A stretch of 64,000 nt of DNA from Callorhinchus milii (taxonomy: Eukaryota). The position numbers and the translations under genes are program-made. The DNA lies in NCBI RefSeq assembly GCF_018977255.1, contig NW_024704742.1:35342001-35406000 (forward strand). Reading direction: 5' to 3'. How positions within the stretch are numbered: position 1 is the stretch's first letter; every line of letters begins with the position of its first letter. This document shows positions 11,841-23,731 of the stretch, one piece after another. A model generated the notes under the pieces. It was not told the origin of the DNA. It saw nothing but the letters and a program-made list of their open reading frames with translations, and searched no databases.

Positions 11841-12610
11841 GGAGACTATATAACGGCAGGAGGCTTTGGCACCGGGAAGTGACTATGCTTGATATGGAAG
11901 CTGAAGTAAAAGGGGCCATCTGTTCACTGCAGGGGCAAGCAAAAAAATCAAATCAACATATTGTTAGTAACATTACGCAATATAAAGCAAATTATTTAGT
12001 TATTATGATATTCACTTTTTCAGCTAACAAAACATTGAAGCAAACATTATGTATTTTTTTCTTTTCATTTCAAGATTTTCGCTATATTTTTCTACCCTCT
12101 TGGCTTCTGTCTTAATAGACTATCATCAAGTCATGTCCCTGTGTATCTAATCTCCTTTACAAATCCTGTCTTGGTGCTCCATGCATGACCATGATCATCA
12201 AGTCATGAGTGTATAGAAATAAGCTCTTCCACATGCCTTCTGTCCCTTTTGTGTCTTGCTAAAGTGACAACTGTACCCTACAATCTCACCTTTAACAAGA
12301 AGTGGACGAAAACCTGAAATATTTTTTGTGAATCTCTTTGTTTGTTGTCCCATAACAAAGTACTCTACTGAAACAAAGCTTTTGCTGGTCGTTGTGAGGT
12401 ATTACAACAGGTTTTGCCCATTTGGGGGCAAAAAATATAAAAAAAATTAAAGGTTTCTATGGTAATAATCTTTGCATTTGATACAGTGCATTTGATTATC
12501 AATACACCTCAAAGTGCTTCACAGGTATTACTCTATTGTATTGTACAGAGCATTGGTCCAGCCCCACTTGGAGCACTGTGCACAGGTCTGGAGCTATACT
12601 ACAGTATGAA

Positions 12611-12780
12611 ACAACAACAAAATTACATTTGTAAAGCGCCTTTCACATCAGGAGGACATCCCAAGGCGCTGGACAATCAATGTTTTGGACCTGAGCTGGG
12701 ATTGGGATCGGGGAGGGTGGAGAGCAGCGGGAAAAGGAGGGTGATCAAAGGCACGGTTGAAGAAAAGGGTCTTGAGACGA
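12611..12780 (-). mobile_element. L2 3' fragment (tail type B)
   Basis: acaacaacaaaattacatttgtaaagcgcctttcac tail; RLKTLFFNRAF. Confidence 0.85.
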
Positions 12781-13366
12781 ATATTGACAACATTCTGTTT
12801 CCTCAAAAAAGTATGCGTTAGTTTTTCATTCATTATTTGAATCAGAAAGTGCATAGATATCCAAGAAGATGGAATTTTCCCATAAAGTAAGGGTGAAAAA
12901 TCTGGCATGTGATGTGATCCTTTTTTTCCTGTCACAAATCGAGTGAACAGTTTTCCATCAAGGGAAAATTCTCCTTGTTTAGCAGTTGAATTACCTTTCA
13001 CCTGCAGTTAATTCCTTAATTGTTCTATTTAAGTGTGTATGTGAATTTAATGAATAGGAAAACATAGGTGTATAGAACCGGAAAGAACATTTTGGTCCAT
13101 CTGGTCAATCCCAAAATACTAGCCCTCCATTTGGAATTATTGCCAAATTGGCTACAATCAAGAATCGATCAATCAAAATGTATTCTCCCATAGTTTGAAT
13201 AATTTCACACTTTTTATCACTCAACAAATTTTAAATAACTGTTGCTGGGATATTTTGATTTATATTAATAATAGTAAATCTTGCATTTGTTGCAAGGGGT
13301 TAACTCTATTCCCACAATTTTGAAAGTCACTGGGCAAATAATGGCAATGAGTTGGAATGGGCATAG

Positions 13367-14135
13367 ACAACAACAACAAAATTACATTTGTATAGTGCCT
13401 TTCACGTTGGTAGGACGTCCCAATGGGCTGGACAATCAGTGTTTCGGATCTGAGTTGGCGGTTGGGATCGGGGAGGGTGGAGGGCAATGGGGAAATGTGG
13501 GTGACCGAAGGTGCAGTTGAAGAGGAGGGTCTGAAGATGGGTCTTGAAGGAGGCAAGGGAGGGGACGAAGTGGAGGGACTGCGGGATGGAGTTCCAGAAG
13601 GTGGGGCAGAATGGCTGAAGGCCTGCCTGCCAATAGTAGCCGTGTGAGGTGGGGGATGTGAAACAGGCCGGAGCCCACTGAGTGGAGGGAGTGGGCAGGA
13701 GAGCAGGAGCGGTTAGGAAGTCACAGAGGTAGGGGGGAGCAAGGCCATGAAGGGCTTTGAAATTGAGGTCCAGGATCTTGAACTGTATCCTCTGTGTGAT
13801 GGGAAGCCAGTGGAGTAGGCGAGAATGGGGGTGATTGGGTCATGGAGCCTGGTGCGGGAGAGGACACGGGCTGCAGAGTTCTGGATGATCTGCAACCTAT
13901 GGAGGGAGGAGTTGGGGAGGCCGACAAGCAGGGAGTTTGCGTAGTCAAACCTGGATGTTAAGTCGAGCCAAATGCATATATGAGGGTCTTGGTGGTCTGT
14001 GGTGTGAGATAGTGGCGGATCCAGGTGATGTTGTAGATGTGGGGGAAGGCAAAATGGTTCATCGCATGGATGTGGGGTAGAAAGGACAGTTGAGGGTCAA
14101 ACAAAAATGCCAAGGTTCCGGACTGGCTTAGCAGA
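13367..14135 (-). mobile_element. L2 LINE 3' portion (tail type B)
   Basis: LFDPQLSFLPHI, QIIQNSAARVLSRTRLHDPITPIL; (CAA)n tail. Confidence 0.92.
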
Positions 14136-14609
14136 CTGTAGGTGAAGATTTGGTGATGGAGGATTTGAGGTTGTGGGTTAAGGCAATAATGAGTGTAGTG
14201 ATAGGGTACATGTCTCACCATAGAATACCAATGAGCAATAACATCCTGTTCAAACAATCTGTTCATATGTGGAAGTCAATGTTAGTGGAATAAAACATTC
14301 ATACTGACTATTTAAATACAATCTGCTTAAATTGTGATTTAGAATCTAAAATTAAATTCATTTTTTTTGCAAGCTTACTGAGACCTAGCTGTGTGCTGCA
14401 AGCTGAGGTTTAACTGGGGTTAAACTGGGGTTTAACCTCTCTGGTAGGATTATATGATTAATGAAAGTGTACTGACTTTATAATTTCCATTCAGTTTAAT
14501 GGTGGACATGCAAAGTGAGGATAGGAAGTGAAACTAAATAAATTACGTTGTAAATAATATGCAGCCTGGAGAACTCAGTTTAAACCCAGACTTTAGAGAT
14601 AGAGAAGAA

Positions 14610-15710
14610 ACAACAACAACAACAAAATTACATTTATAGAGCGCCTTTCACATCGGGAGGATGTCCCAAAGCGCTGAACAGTCAGATGTCGGAGTCCGAG
14701 CATTGGGGAGGGGTGGTGTAGGGGTGAGGGAAGGCAGAGAGGTGGGAGGGAGACCAAAGGACCGGTCGAAGAGAAGGGTCTTGAAACCAGTCTTGAAGGA
14801 TGCGAGGGAGGAAGCGAGGTGAAGGGACCGTGGGATGGAGTTCCAGAGAGTGGGGGCAGAGAGGCTGAAAGCCCGGCCACCGATGGTAGGGCGGGTCGGG
14901 TGGGAGACATGGAGCAGACCGGAGCCCGCTGAACGGAGGGAGCGGGCAGGTTGTTAGGGAGTCAGCAGGTCAGAGAGGTAGGAGAGGGCAAGGCCATGGA
15001 TGGCCTTGAAAGTGAGGACAAGGATCTTGAACTCAATCCTCTGAGGGATGGGGAGCCAGTGGAGTCGGGCGAGGGTGGGAGTGATAGAGTCATGGAGCCT
15101 GGTGCGCGAAAGTACACAAGCTGCAGAGTTTTGGATGATCTGCAGCTTGTGAAGGGAAGAGTTGGGAAGGCCGATTAGGAGGCAGTTTCCATAATCGACC
15201 CTTGAGGTGACGAATAAGTGGGTGAAGGTTTCGGCAGCCTGAGGGGTGAGGCAGTGGCGGAGTCTGGCAATGTTGCAGAGGTGGTGGTAGGCAGTGCCGG
15301 TCATGGCGCAGATGTGGGGGAGAAAGGACAGTTCAGGGTCAAATAAGACACCCAGGTTCCTGACTGACTTAGTGAGGTTGAGTGTGCAGCCATGGAGGCT
15401 GATGCTGCCAGCGCCTGAGGTGGGGAGGCGCTTGCGCGAGCCAATCAGGAAGGCCTCGATCTTGCTGACATTGAGTTGGAGAAAGTTATCCCTTGTCCAG
15501 GACTTGATGTCGGACAGGCAGTCGGTCAGGACACCAGTAGTCCTGGAGTTGAGGGTGGAGGCAGAGAGATAGAGTTGGGTGTCATCTGCATACATGTGGA
15601 AATTTACCCCATGACACCAAGGGGGAGCATGTAGAGGGTGAAGAGGAGGGGACCGAGGACAGAGCCCTGAGGAACACGGACGAGACACTGTGGCGGCTGG
15701 AGGAGAAGCG
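14610..15710 (-). mobile_element. L2 LINE 3' portion with RT core (tail type B)
   Basis: ORF 14954-15688 HGVNFHMYADDTQLY...NLGVLFD...SRVDYGN...HWLPI; internal deletion upstream of YADD. Confidence 0.95.
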
Positions 15711-15784
15711 AGAAGAAGCTGAATTGAGACTTGAGTAGCAGACCTGTACCAGGAATCACAGTAACTGATTCTGGCTATCAGTAT

Positions 15785-16008
15785 TACACAATAGTTCTCA
15801 CATGTAAATAACGTCTTTCACATTGGGAGGATATCTCAAAGTGCTTCACATTGTTTACTCTAAAGTATAGTGACTTTGCATTTGCAGGTGAATGCAGCAA
15901 ACAATTTGCATACATCAATGTCCAACAAACAGCTGTGAATTGAATGACCAATTTTATCCGGGAGATTGTTGGCCAGGACTCTGGAAGAAATTTCCTTCTC
16001 TTTTCCAT
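15785..16008 (-). mobile_element. Deu-SINE 3' half
   Basis: Reverse strand tcctggccaacaatctccc...ggtcattcaattcacagctgtttgttggacattg and L2-like end. Confidence 0.65.
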
Positions 16009-16730
16009 ATGTAGAGTTCTAAGCTCCGTAGAGATGTATGTTAGGCTACATTAGTGTCATTATGATATGCAATAATTTTGATAAGTATTGTAAGGTAGTA
16101 AATACTTTTTGTAGCATGGTTAGACAATTGTCCAAAAAGCATGGTCGTTCATCTCAGGGTTGTTTATGGGACATTGCTGTTTGCAAATTAGTTGTTGCAT
16201 TTATCAACAATATGTACAGTCACTACATTTTGTATTACAATTATGTCAAATACAAGTATTATTATTATTATAGGAATAGAACGTACAATTTTATGAAGGA
16301 ATATTGGTTTAAGAATATCGCAAATTTCCCCTGTATTTCTATTACATTTTAGTCTTCTTTTCTGAATATTATGAGTTCTATTTTGCTGATGGTAGAATTT
16401 TAGGCCATAACAGGGACTATGTGCACCCACAGGAAGATTGAATTTTGTTTGCAAAAGGCCAGTGTGCCCCAGCCTTACTTTCACCTGCATTTAGAAATAG
16501 AAGTAAACTGAACACCCCCTGATGTTGCTGTTTATCACCACATCAGGTGTAACCTCCAGTTATTGCATATGGCAGCGCCGCTGGTTACTGCTGCCAAGAA
16601 GATTCTACCCGTGGCGTGATGTATGTATGTTTTGAATATATCTGGCTGTCTACATCTGCCGTTGTGAAAAAAAATCCTGACAAGTTTGGAGAAACACATA
16701 CAAAATAAAAATACTATTGTGACTTAGTAG

Positions 16731-16963
16731 AATTCCCATCTAGTCTTAGCCTCTAAGACCATTTCATTTCAAGTTTAAGATCCCGCACATTCCCACAAAA
16801 TTCTTCGATTCATCCATAATTTAGCTGCAAAGTACAATTTTCTTTCTTAAAAAAAAAGAAACAGTTTCCAAATAAAGGCTGAATTCAAGATTTTTTTTGC
16901 AATTTTGTGCAATCTTCAATTTTAAAACAAAATGGTCATGCCGGCTAAGACTAGGTGGAATTT
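16731..16963. repeat. Palindromic MITE-like element
   Basis: Left aattcccatctagtcttagcc...gaccattt versus right aaatggtc...ggctaagactaggtggaatt form long imperfect inverted arms. Confidence 0.7.
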
Positions 16964-17175
16964 GGGGCTTTCTAATCTTTCAGTGCCCTAATTATACTAC
17001 ACTTTGATATGATGTGTTTTACATGTTGATTTGATACGAAGAATGTAATTAATTTTTCATTAAGTAATAGTGATTCAAGAAGGCAGTTTTGGTTTGAATG
17101 GATTCAAATGGTTCCTGTATAAATTGGGTTTTACACTAGCTGATTCCAAACCAATTTTTATACTTAACAGGCTCA

Positions 17176-17378
17176 ATTCCACCTAGCCTTAGGTTTTAAG
17201 ATTATTTATTTTAAAATTCAGGAATTCTCTGAATTGTGGAAATTTGTTTAATTCAGTCTTAATTTGGAAGCCTTTTTTAAAGATCTTTTAAGATCTTTTA
17301 AGAATTTTCCCTAAATTCTGTCTGAGCTCAAACTTTAAAACCAAATAGTCGTACATGTTAACACCGGGTGGAATTTTG
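17176..17378. repeat. Second copy of the palindromic element
   Basis: aattccacctagccttagg...ttttaaaatt at left and tttaaaaccaaatagtc...gggtggaatttt at right. Confidence 0.6.
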
Positions 17379-19769
17379 ACCCTAACATTTGTAAAAGCTC
17401 TATCAAACCTCTTTCAACTTTTTAAGATTATGAAATAATCAAAAGAATGCCAACTTTTCAATAACTTTTATAAAATAGTTTGATGCTATATGGCCATACT
17501 GTGCACAACAAACTGACTGTAGCTAGCCATAGAAAGACCTCAACTTTTCTTGAACTCATTAGTCCATGTACACAAATATGAACAAGAGGCCTAAATAGCC
17601 CCAGTTTCCTTCCCTGAATTGCTCTACTACCTGGATGTGTTGTCACTTCATATCGGTATAACTAGGGTAATAAGTCTGGAGCCTTTGCAAATAATCCTCT
17701 CTCTTGATGTGAGAAGTGAGAAACTTGAAAAGAACAGCAATAATCTGAAGCAAATCTGTGCAATTCTGCAGTCAAAGGAATGGGTTAAGACCACTTGTAA
17801 ATACCATCAGTGCTTGCCCAAATCATCAATGACATACGCATTGCACTCTCCCTTGATAATTACAGTCTAACTTTGTTTCCCTCCAAAAGCCAGTGAGCTA
17901 GAAACTGTAAAGTGCTGCAATCTGTTAGTAGTTATACATGCAGCTGTAGGTATACCAGATGTTCTTGCTTTTCAGTAAACTACCAATGCTTTAACATTAC
18001 CATTATTATTATTTAACTATTGTACTTTACAGAAGAATAATTATCTTTGGCTGATGGTCTCATATTTCACTCTTTTTCAAAGCCAAAATATTTTAAAATT
18101 TACTGCTAATTTAAAATTGTATTTGAATTACAACAGGGTCTATCGTAAGAGAACAGCACAAAATAGATTTTTTAAATTATGTCCTTCCCATTGCAAAGAT
18201 GTGGAAATGCAATCCCTGTGATTCCAATGCACACACTGGCTGCCTCAATTGTGACAACATTCACTTTTTTAAAAAAATAATTCTGGCTTTATGTACAATA
18301 TTTTGGGTTGTAATGCGCATTTTGTATACAAAGGTGCAGTTTTAATGGCCTCGATGCATTTCCAAAGTGTTGAGACTTGCCAAATTGAATCCCTCGTGTA
18401 ACAAGTAAAAAATGTCAAAATCTTGTGGAGCACCTTTTGCACACAGGAAGGCAATTAAACAGAGCCAATAAGATTACGATTCGGACAGATTTCTTTAATT
18501 TATGTGGTACTGGGGTTTCGACATTTGTGTATGTCTCCATCATCTTTCATATCTACAAACTTGTCACAATGAGCATTGACACTATGAAGTGGCAGAAAAT
18601 CAACACTGTACTTTAGCTCTGACTATAATAGATTCACCATGGCTCCAACTGACTACTTTTTAGGATTTGTTTTGTTTAATTAATCCAGGGACAAGCATGA
18701 GCCAGACTGGCAGCTTGAGGTTTTCTTGTTTTTTTCCCCTGGGCTTACCCACATTTGCCATTAAGCAACAAAGCATATTCATGATGTGTTTTTTGTTCTG
18801 CACCATCATGTGTTTCTAAAACATTTTTGGGGGTACGTGGTGCGTAGATGGGGGGAGGGAAACAATTCAAATTATTTTGAGATTTAGCAAGAACACCGAT
18901 ATTTTGCAAATGTGAAGGATTCCTTATCTGTGGGTGTAATCCCTGAGTACAGGTTAACTACTGGGTGATTGCAAGCGAGTCTCTCTGAGTGAAAAAAGGG
19001 AAGCCAGTGGTTTCAAAATGTAAATAGGCCAATAGACCCTGTAATTTCACTTTACTATGAATATTGCTTTTAAGTCCCTGAATATACTGTGACATTTGTG
19101 TTGCTTCTTTTCTTTTGTGTTTTCTACATTGACCATGGCAATGCTAATCACAACAAATAAAAGTGCTTTCTGAACGAGAATCATATGTGGCGCAGGCCAC
19201 GATGGAAACGACACAAAGTGGNAAAAAAATCTTATTACCTTAAGTATATTTATTTTAAAAAAAGGGTTTTCTTATGGGAACTTGGCTAATTTCATGGTCC
19301 TTTATTACCCTTCTGTTCTGCCCTGTCCTAAACTCCCCAGTGGCACTCTCTTTAGAGCTCACACGCTGTTCAGTGAAATGACAGCTACTAGGAGGCCATG
19401 TCTGAGGATTGCCTAAACACCTTGTTATGTAATAACCAGGATAGGAACAATATTCTAGTAGAGATTCTTGTCTTTCAAAGTATAAAATAATGCCTAAAGA
19501 CTGGATTAGGCACATCTGCTTCATGTCAAAAGTTATATATCTGTAGAAAAAGCACAGAGAATTCATTGCGCTGCAGAAAATAACATAGAAAAAAGAACCA
19601 GGCTACTTACTTTAAAAAAAATGTACAAGTTTTTTTATGATAGTACATTATCACTTGTGCTAGATGTACAAATAGAGTATTTGAAAGAAAGAAAACCATT
19701 TGTGGGGTACCTTAAAGTCATAGTTTGGTTTTAGTGAAGTTTTGACATGACTCAATCTATGATTTCTCA

Positions 19770-19925
19770 CAGCTTTGTTAGAAATGTCGTCATTCGGATG
19801 AGACGACACTTAAACTAAAGTTAAACTAAACTCTCCGTTCAGGTGGATGTCTAACATTCATGGCATAACTCAAAAAGAGAAGAGAGGTTTGCCAGTGTCC
19901 TGGCCAACATTTCCCCAGATAAAAC
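19770..19925 (+). mobile_element. Deu-SINE core fragment
   Basis: ttcggatgagacg...ttcaggtggatgt...catggca...gtgtcctggccaacattt. Confidence 0.6.
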
Positions 19926-19964
19926 TGCTCTGCAGTATCCTGGAAAGCACCATGGAATTTACTT

Positions 19965-20220
19965 TGGAATTTAACCAGTTAAAACTGCGTAGCACTGAGA
20001 GCATTGTCTGACAAGCTTCTGGCTGCTTGTCCAGCTAGGAAAACTCTACATGTTAGGGATTCAAATTGTGGGATTAACAGGAACGAGTGGGAAGATTGAA
20101 TAAGAACTGAGTGCTCTCATTGATTGGTCTCCCCTTGAAATGTTGTTGATGAGCTCTAGGCTGGTTGGTGTGTCATCAGGAGCACCTTGCAGTAATGCAG
20201 TCTTGGCTTGCTCAAAACAG
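19965..20220 (-). repeat. Unclassified repeat, diverged copy
   Basis: Reverse strand ctgatgacacaccaaccagcct...ttcctgttaatcc...cctagctggacaagcag...gcagttttaactggttaaattcca. Confidence 0.65.
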
Positions 20221-20348
20221 TTGAGATGACCACAGCAAATGAAAACTGAACAGGTTATTCCATTAAAACCTCCTTTTGGAGGTAGAAATGAGTGGTGCCC
20301 AACTGTCCAGAGTTACATAATCATTGTGAGAAAATATGCATTGAAGTA

Positions 20349-21052
20349 AACAACAACAACAACAACAACAAAATTACATTTGGATAGTGCCTTTCACGTC
20401 GGGAGGATGTCACAAGTCCCTGGACAGTCAGTGTTTCGGACCCGACTTGTCGGGACCGGGATGGGTGGAGGGCTGGGGGGAAAGGAGAGTGACCAAATGC
20501 ACGGTCGAAGAGGAGGGTCTTGAGATGGGTCTTGAAGGAGGCAAGGGAGGGGGGCGAGGTGGAGGGACTGGGATGGAATTCCAGAGTGGCAAAAGGCCCA
20601 CCCACCAATAGTGGGGCGGGCAAGGCGGGGACATAAAGCAGGCCAGAGCGGAGGGAAGGGGCAGGTTGGTAGGGGTTTAAGATGTTGCAGAGGTAGAAGA
20701 GAGCAAGACCATGGAGGGCTTTGAAAGTGAGGACTAGGATCTTGAACTGTATCCTTTGTGTGATGGGAAGCCAGTGGAGTCAGGCGAGGATGGTTGTGAT
20801 AGGATCATGGTGCAGGAGAGGACATGGGCTGCAGAGTTCTGGATGATCTGCAGCCTGTGGAGGGAGGAGTTAGGGAGGCCAACAAGCAGGGAGTCTGCGG
20901 AGTCAAGCCTGGATGTTATAAATGCAGGTATGAGGGGTTTGGTGGCCTGCGGTGTGAGACAATGGCGAAGCCGGGCGATATTGCGGAGGTAGGGGTAGGC
21001 CGAGCGAATCATGACATGGATGTGGGGTAGAAAGAATAGTTGAAGGTTGAAC
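20349..21052 (-). mobile_element. L2 LINE 3' portion (tail type B)
   Basis: LRNIARLRHCLTPQ...SRLDSADSLL...QIIQNSAA; (CAA)n tail. Confidence 0.92.
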
Positions 21053-21829
21053 ATGATGCCGCGTATTGAGAAGTAAAATCAATTGAGATTCCGTATTGAG
21101 AAGTAAAATCAATATTGCCTTCAGAAATTTAGCCCGTGGTGGAAATACCACTCCAAAATATAGGACAAGCAAACTGTGGTTTTCCCTACACTGGATAAAT
21201 TGTATTTTACATCCAGTTTCCAGTAGGTGTGCAATGTTTAATTTCAATATTAATCTTAATTAAAAGCCATCATTTAAAATGAAGTACATCAAAGTTTTCA
21301 TTCACCTAGTTTCTCTCAGCAACTTCCACTCTTTTGCTGGGAGCAACCAATGTAAACTGCCAGTATAGCATTTTTTGAGAAGTCAGAACATTATTGAGCA
21401 TGATAAAGACCTTTAGGTTTCACTTGACTTCTTCAGAATAGAAATGTCAAAATAGCCGCGTTCAGTTCAAAACACAGAGTGGAAAGGGGAAAGATGAAGA
21501 TGAGAAACGGTTGCTTTATTAATTAATTGGACAAGTTTATTTTATTTTTCAGGTCAATTTAAATTTGCAAAGCTTGCAACCGTGAAGTGACCTTTGCGAT
21601 GGGCTGCCTCACCATTAAAAACAAATCTTAATCAGATGTTTTGTTGTGCTTTCTGATGTGAAAACTGATCATGTTATGAATCTGGAAGAAAAATAAGACA
21701 ATCTTGTTGATACATTTGACTGTGACATTTTTGTGCCAATTACACATCATATTTTCAGTGCTTAACTGAGAGAATGGAGGGTGTTTGATCTTCATGTGTA
21801 AAGAAGAGATGAGTGCTTTTACACCCATA

Positions 21830-22102
21830 GTGAAGCAACCTCCACACTAAAAAAACTTTGTGCCATAGCATGTGTGGCACAATAATGATCCGTGAGACGG
21901 TGCGGTAATATCAAGGAAAGGAACGTATAATGTAGAATATTATCTAGATTGAGATAATGGAGCTTGATTTACCTCTGAGAGGCAAGAAAAAATTGCAGAA
22001 TGATTCTTTCTTCAGGTACTGAGAGACCGAGTGGAGGTCATAATGTGAAAGGAATGAACTTGATGGCTGAATGTCAATTTCTCATTTCATGTTTCCTTAT
22101 GT
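21830..22102 (+). mobile_element. Decayed CR1 3' end
   Basis: Ends ttgatggctgaatg...catgtttccttatg, a CR1-type 3' terminus. Confidence 0.45.
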
Positions 22103-23534
22103 TATTAGGGTAGTTGAGAAGGCACTATCTCAAATGCAATAATTATTTATTGCAGTAGTATGTAGATGATTTTATTTATACTTTTTATTGCATGGGAATT
22201 CATTACTAGTGCTGTATCCTACACAAGGAATGACATGTCGTGCACTGTCTGTGCACAGTCTGTCTGCCACACGGTCTGAGATCAGTGTTGTGTGTGATCT
22301 GACACTGTGCACTCAGCAAAAAACAGAGAGATCCATAGGATATTTGATACAGGTGCCATTTGCAGCCAATATGGAACAGGCCATCCAGATGTTGCTGCTG
22401 TACAGTGCAGGCTATTTGACTGAAATTCCGGTCTATGTTACACAGTAGTATTTTGGGCAACGTGAGATTATAACGGGAAAATCCCATTAGTGACCAGCAT
22501 CGGCAAAAAGTTCTATATATAATGCTGACTGAAGCCTCAGCCCATAGACAACTAAAATCAGGAATTCCATTATTTTTGTAAATGTTTCTATGACAGCGAG
22601 ATTCAAACAATAATTAATACCTGGCATGACTGTAAAGCATCAGTTGAATTGAAAAGTTTAGAGGATATATTTTCCACTCATTGATAAATATCCTGACTTT
22701 TTCATTTCTCATTCTTAGAGTAAAATGTTAAACGATGGTAAATCTACTGCTATGTGACAGAATTATACTGCGGATGACAACATAAACAATGATAGAAAGG
22801 TTCAAGCAGTTTATCATTGTTGTTGGGGCCAAAAAATGAGATTACAGTCTTAAAATAATGCCAGGTTTTCTGCTGTTTTTTAAACTACAGACTGAAAATT
22901 ATTAGTGGTTTTAGTCCATTTTTATGCTTTCAGAGAGTGCTCTCTGATTAATGAAATATCCAGGCTGATGCTGAAGGATTAACAACTGTAACCAGAACAT
23001 AATCATTGTTAGTTTGTTGAGTGATAATCCATTGTTGATCACCAGGAAACCTTTTGATCGGTATACATCATATAAAAGGGGCAAAATTCCACTTAGGTCT
23101 AGATTTACATGGTTTATCAAGAATTTGGCCAATTTCTACATTCTGTCTTAACTTTGAAGTCAGTTTTCTGTAGTTCTTAATTGAAATTTATCGGATTGAA
23201 GGATACAATGAGAGGTGGGTTGGGTGACGATCAATCAGATTTGATGGATTTGTTGAGTCTAATGATCTTTTCATTTTTCTAAAAAATCTTATGTTCCTGT
23301 CATGTTAAACCACAGTAACCTCTGATTCACTAAAGTACAGTTAAACCATCTTACAGTGTATCCTGTGAAGCACTTTGAAAAGTCTTGACCAACTAATAAA
23401 GCACTGCATAAAATTTAAGAATTTGTATTATTATAAATAAAATTGTAAAAATATAGTTCATTCAATTCACGGCTGTCTGTGGGACAAATTTGCTGCTGCC
23501 TACGTCTGCAAAATACAGTTACTGCACTTTATCC

Positions 23535-23731
23535 GAAACTCTGGAACACTCTTCCTCTATCTCTACACCTTGTCCCTTCTTTGCCCATCTTGGCATGCCT
23601 GAAGACCTTCCAATTTGACTGTGCCTATGGTCACCTCCCCCTTCTTCTGGCTTGACATTGTGCTCTGCCACTGTCAAGCGTTTGGGATGCAACCCTGTCT
23701 GAGGAGCGCTATATAAATGAAAGTTGTTGTT
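23535..23731 (+). mobile_element. L2 3' fragment
   Basis: ctctggaacactcttcct...gcgctatataaatgaaagttgttgt. Confidence 0.75.

Noticed and set aside
14954..15688. 244-aa ORF with YADD as a functional reverse transcriptase gene or novel RT system
   Set aside because: 5'-truncated, internally deleted L2 ORF2 fragment, one of many similar copies in the window.
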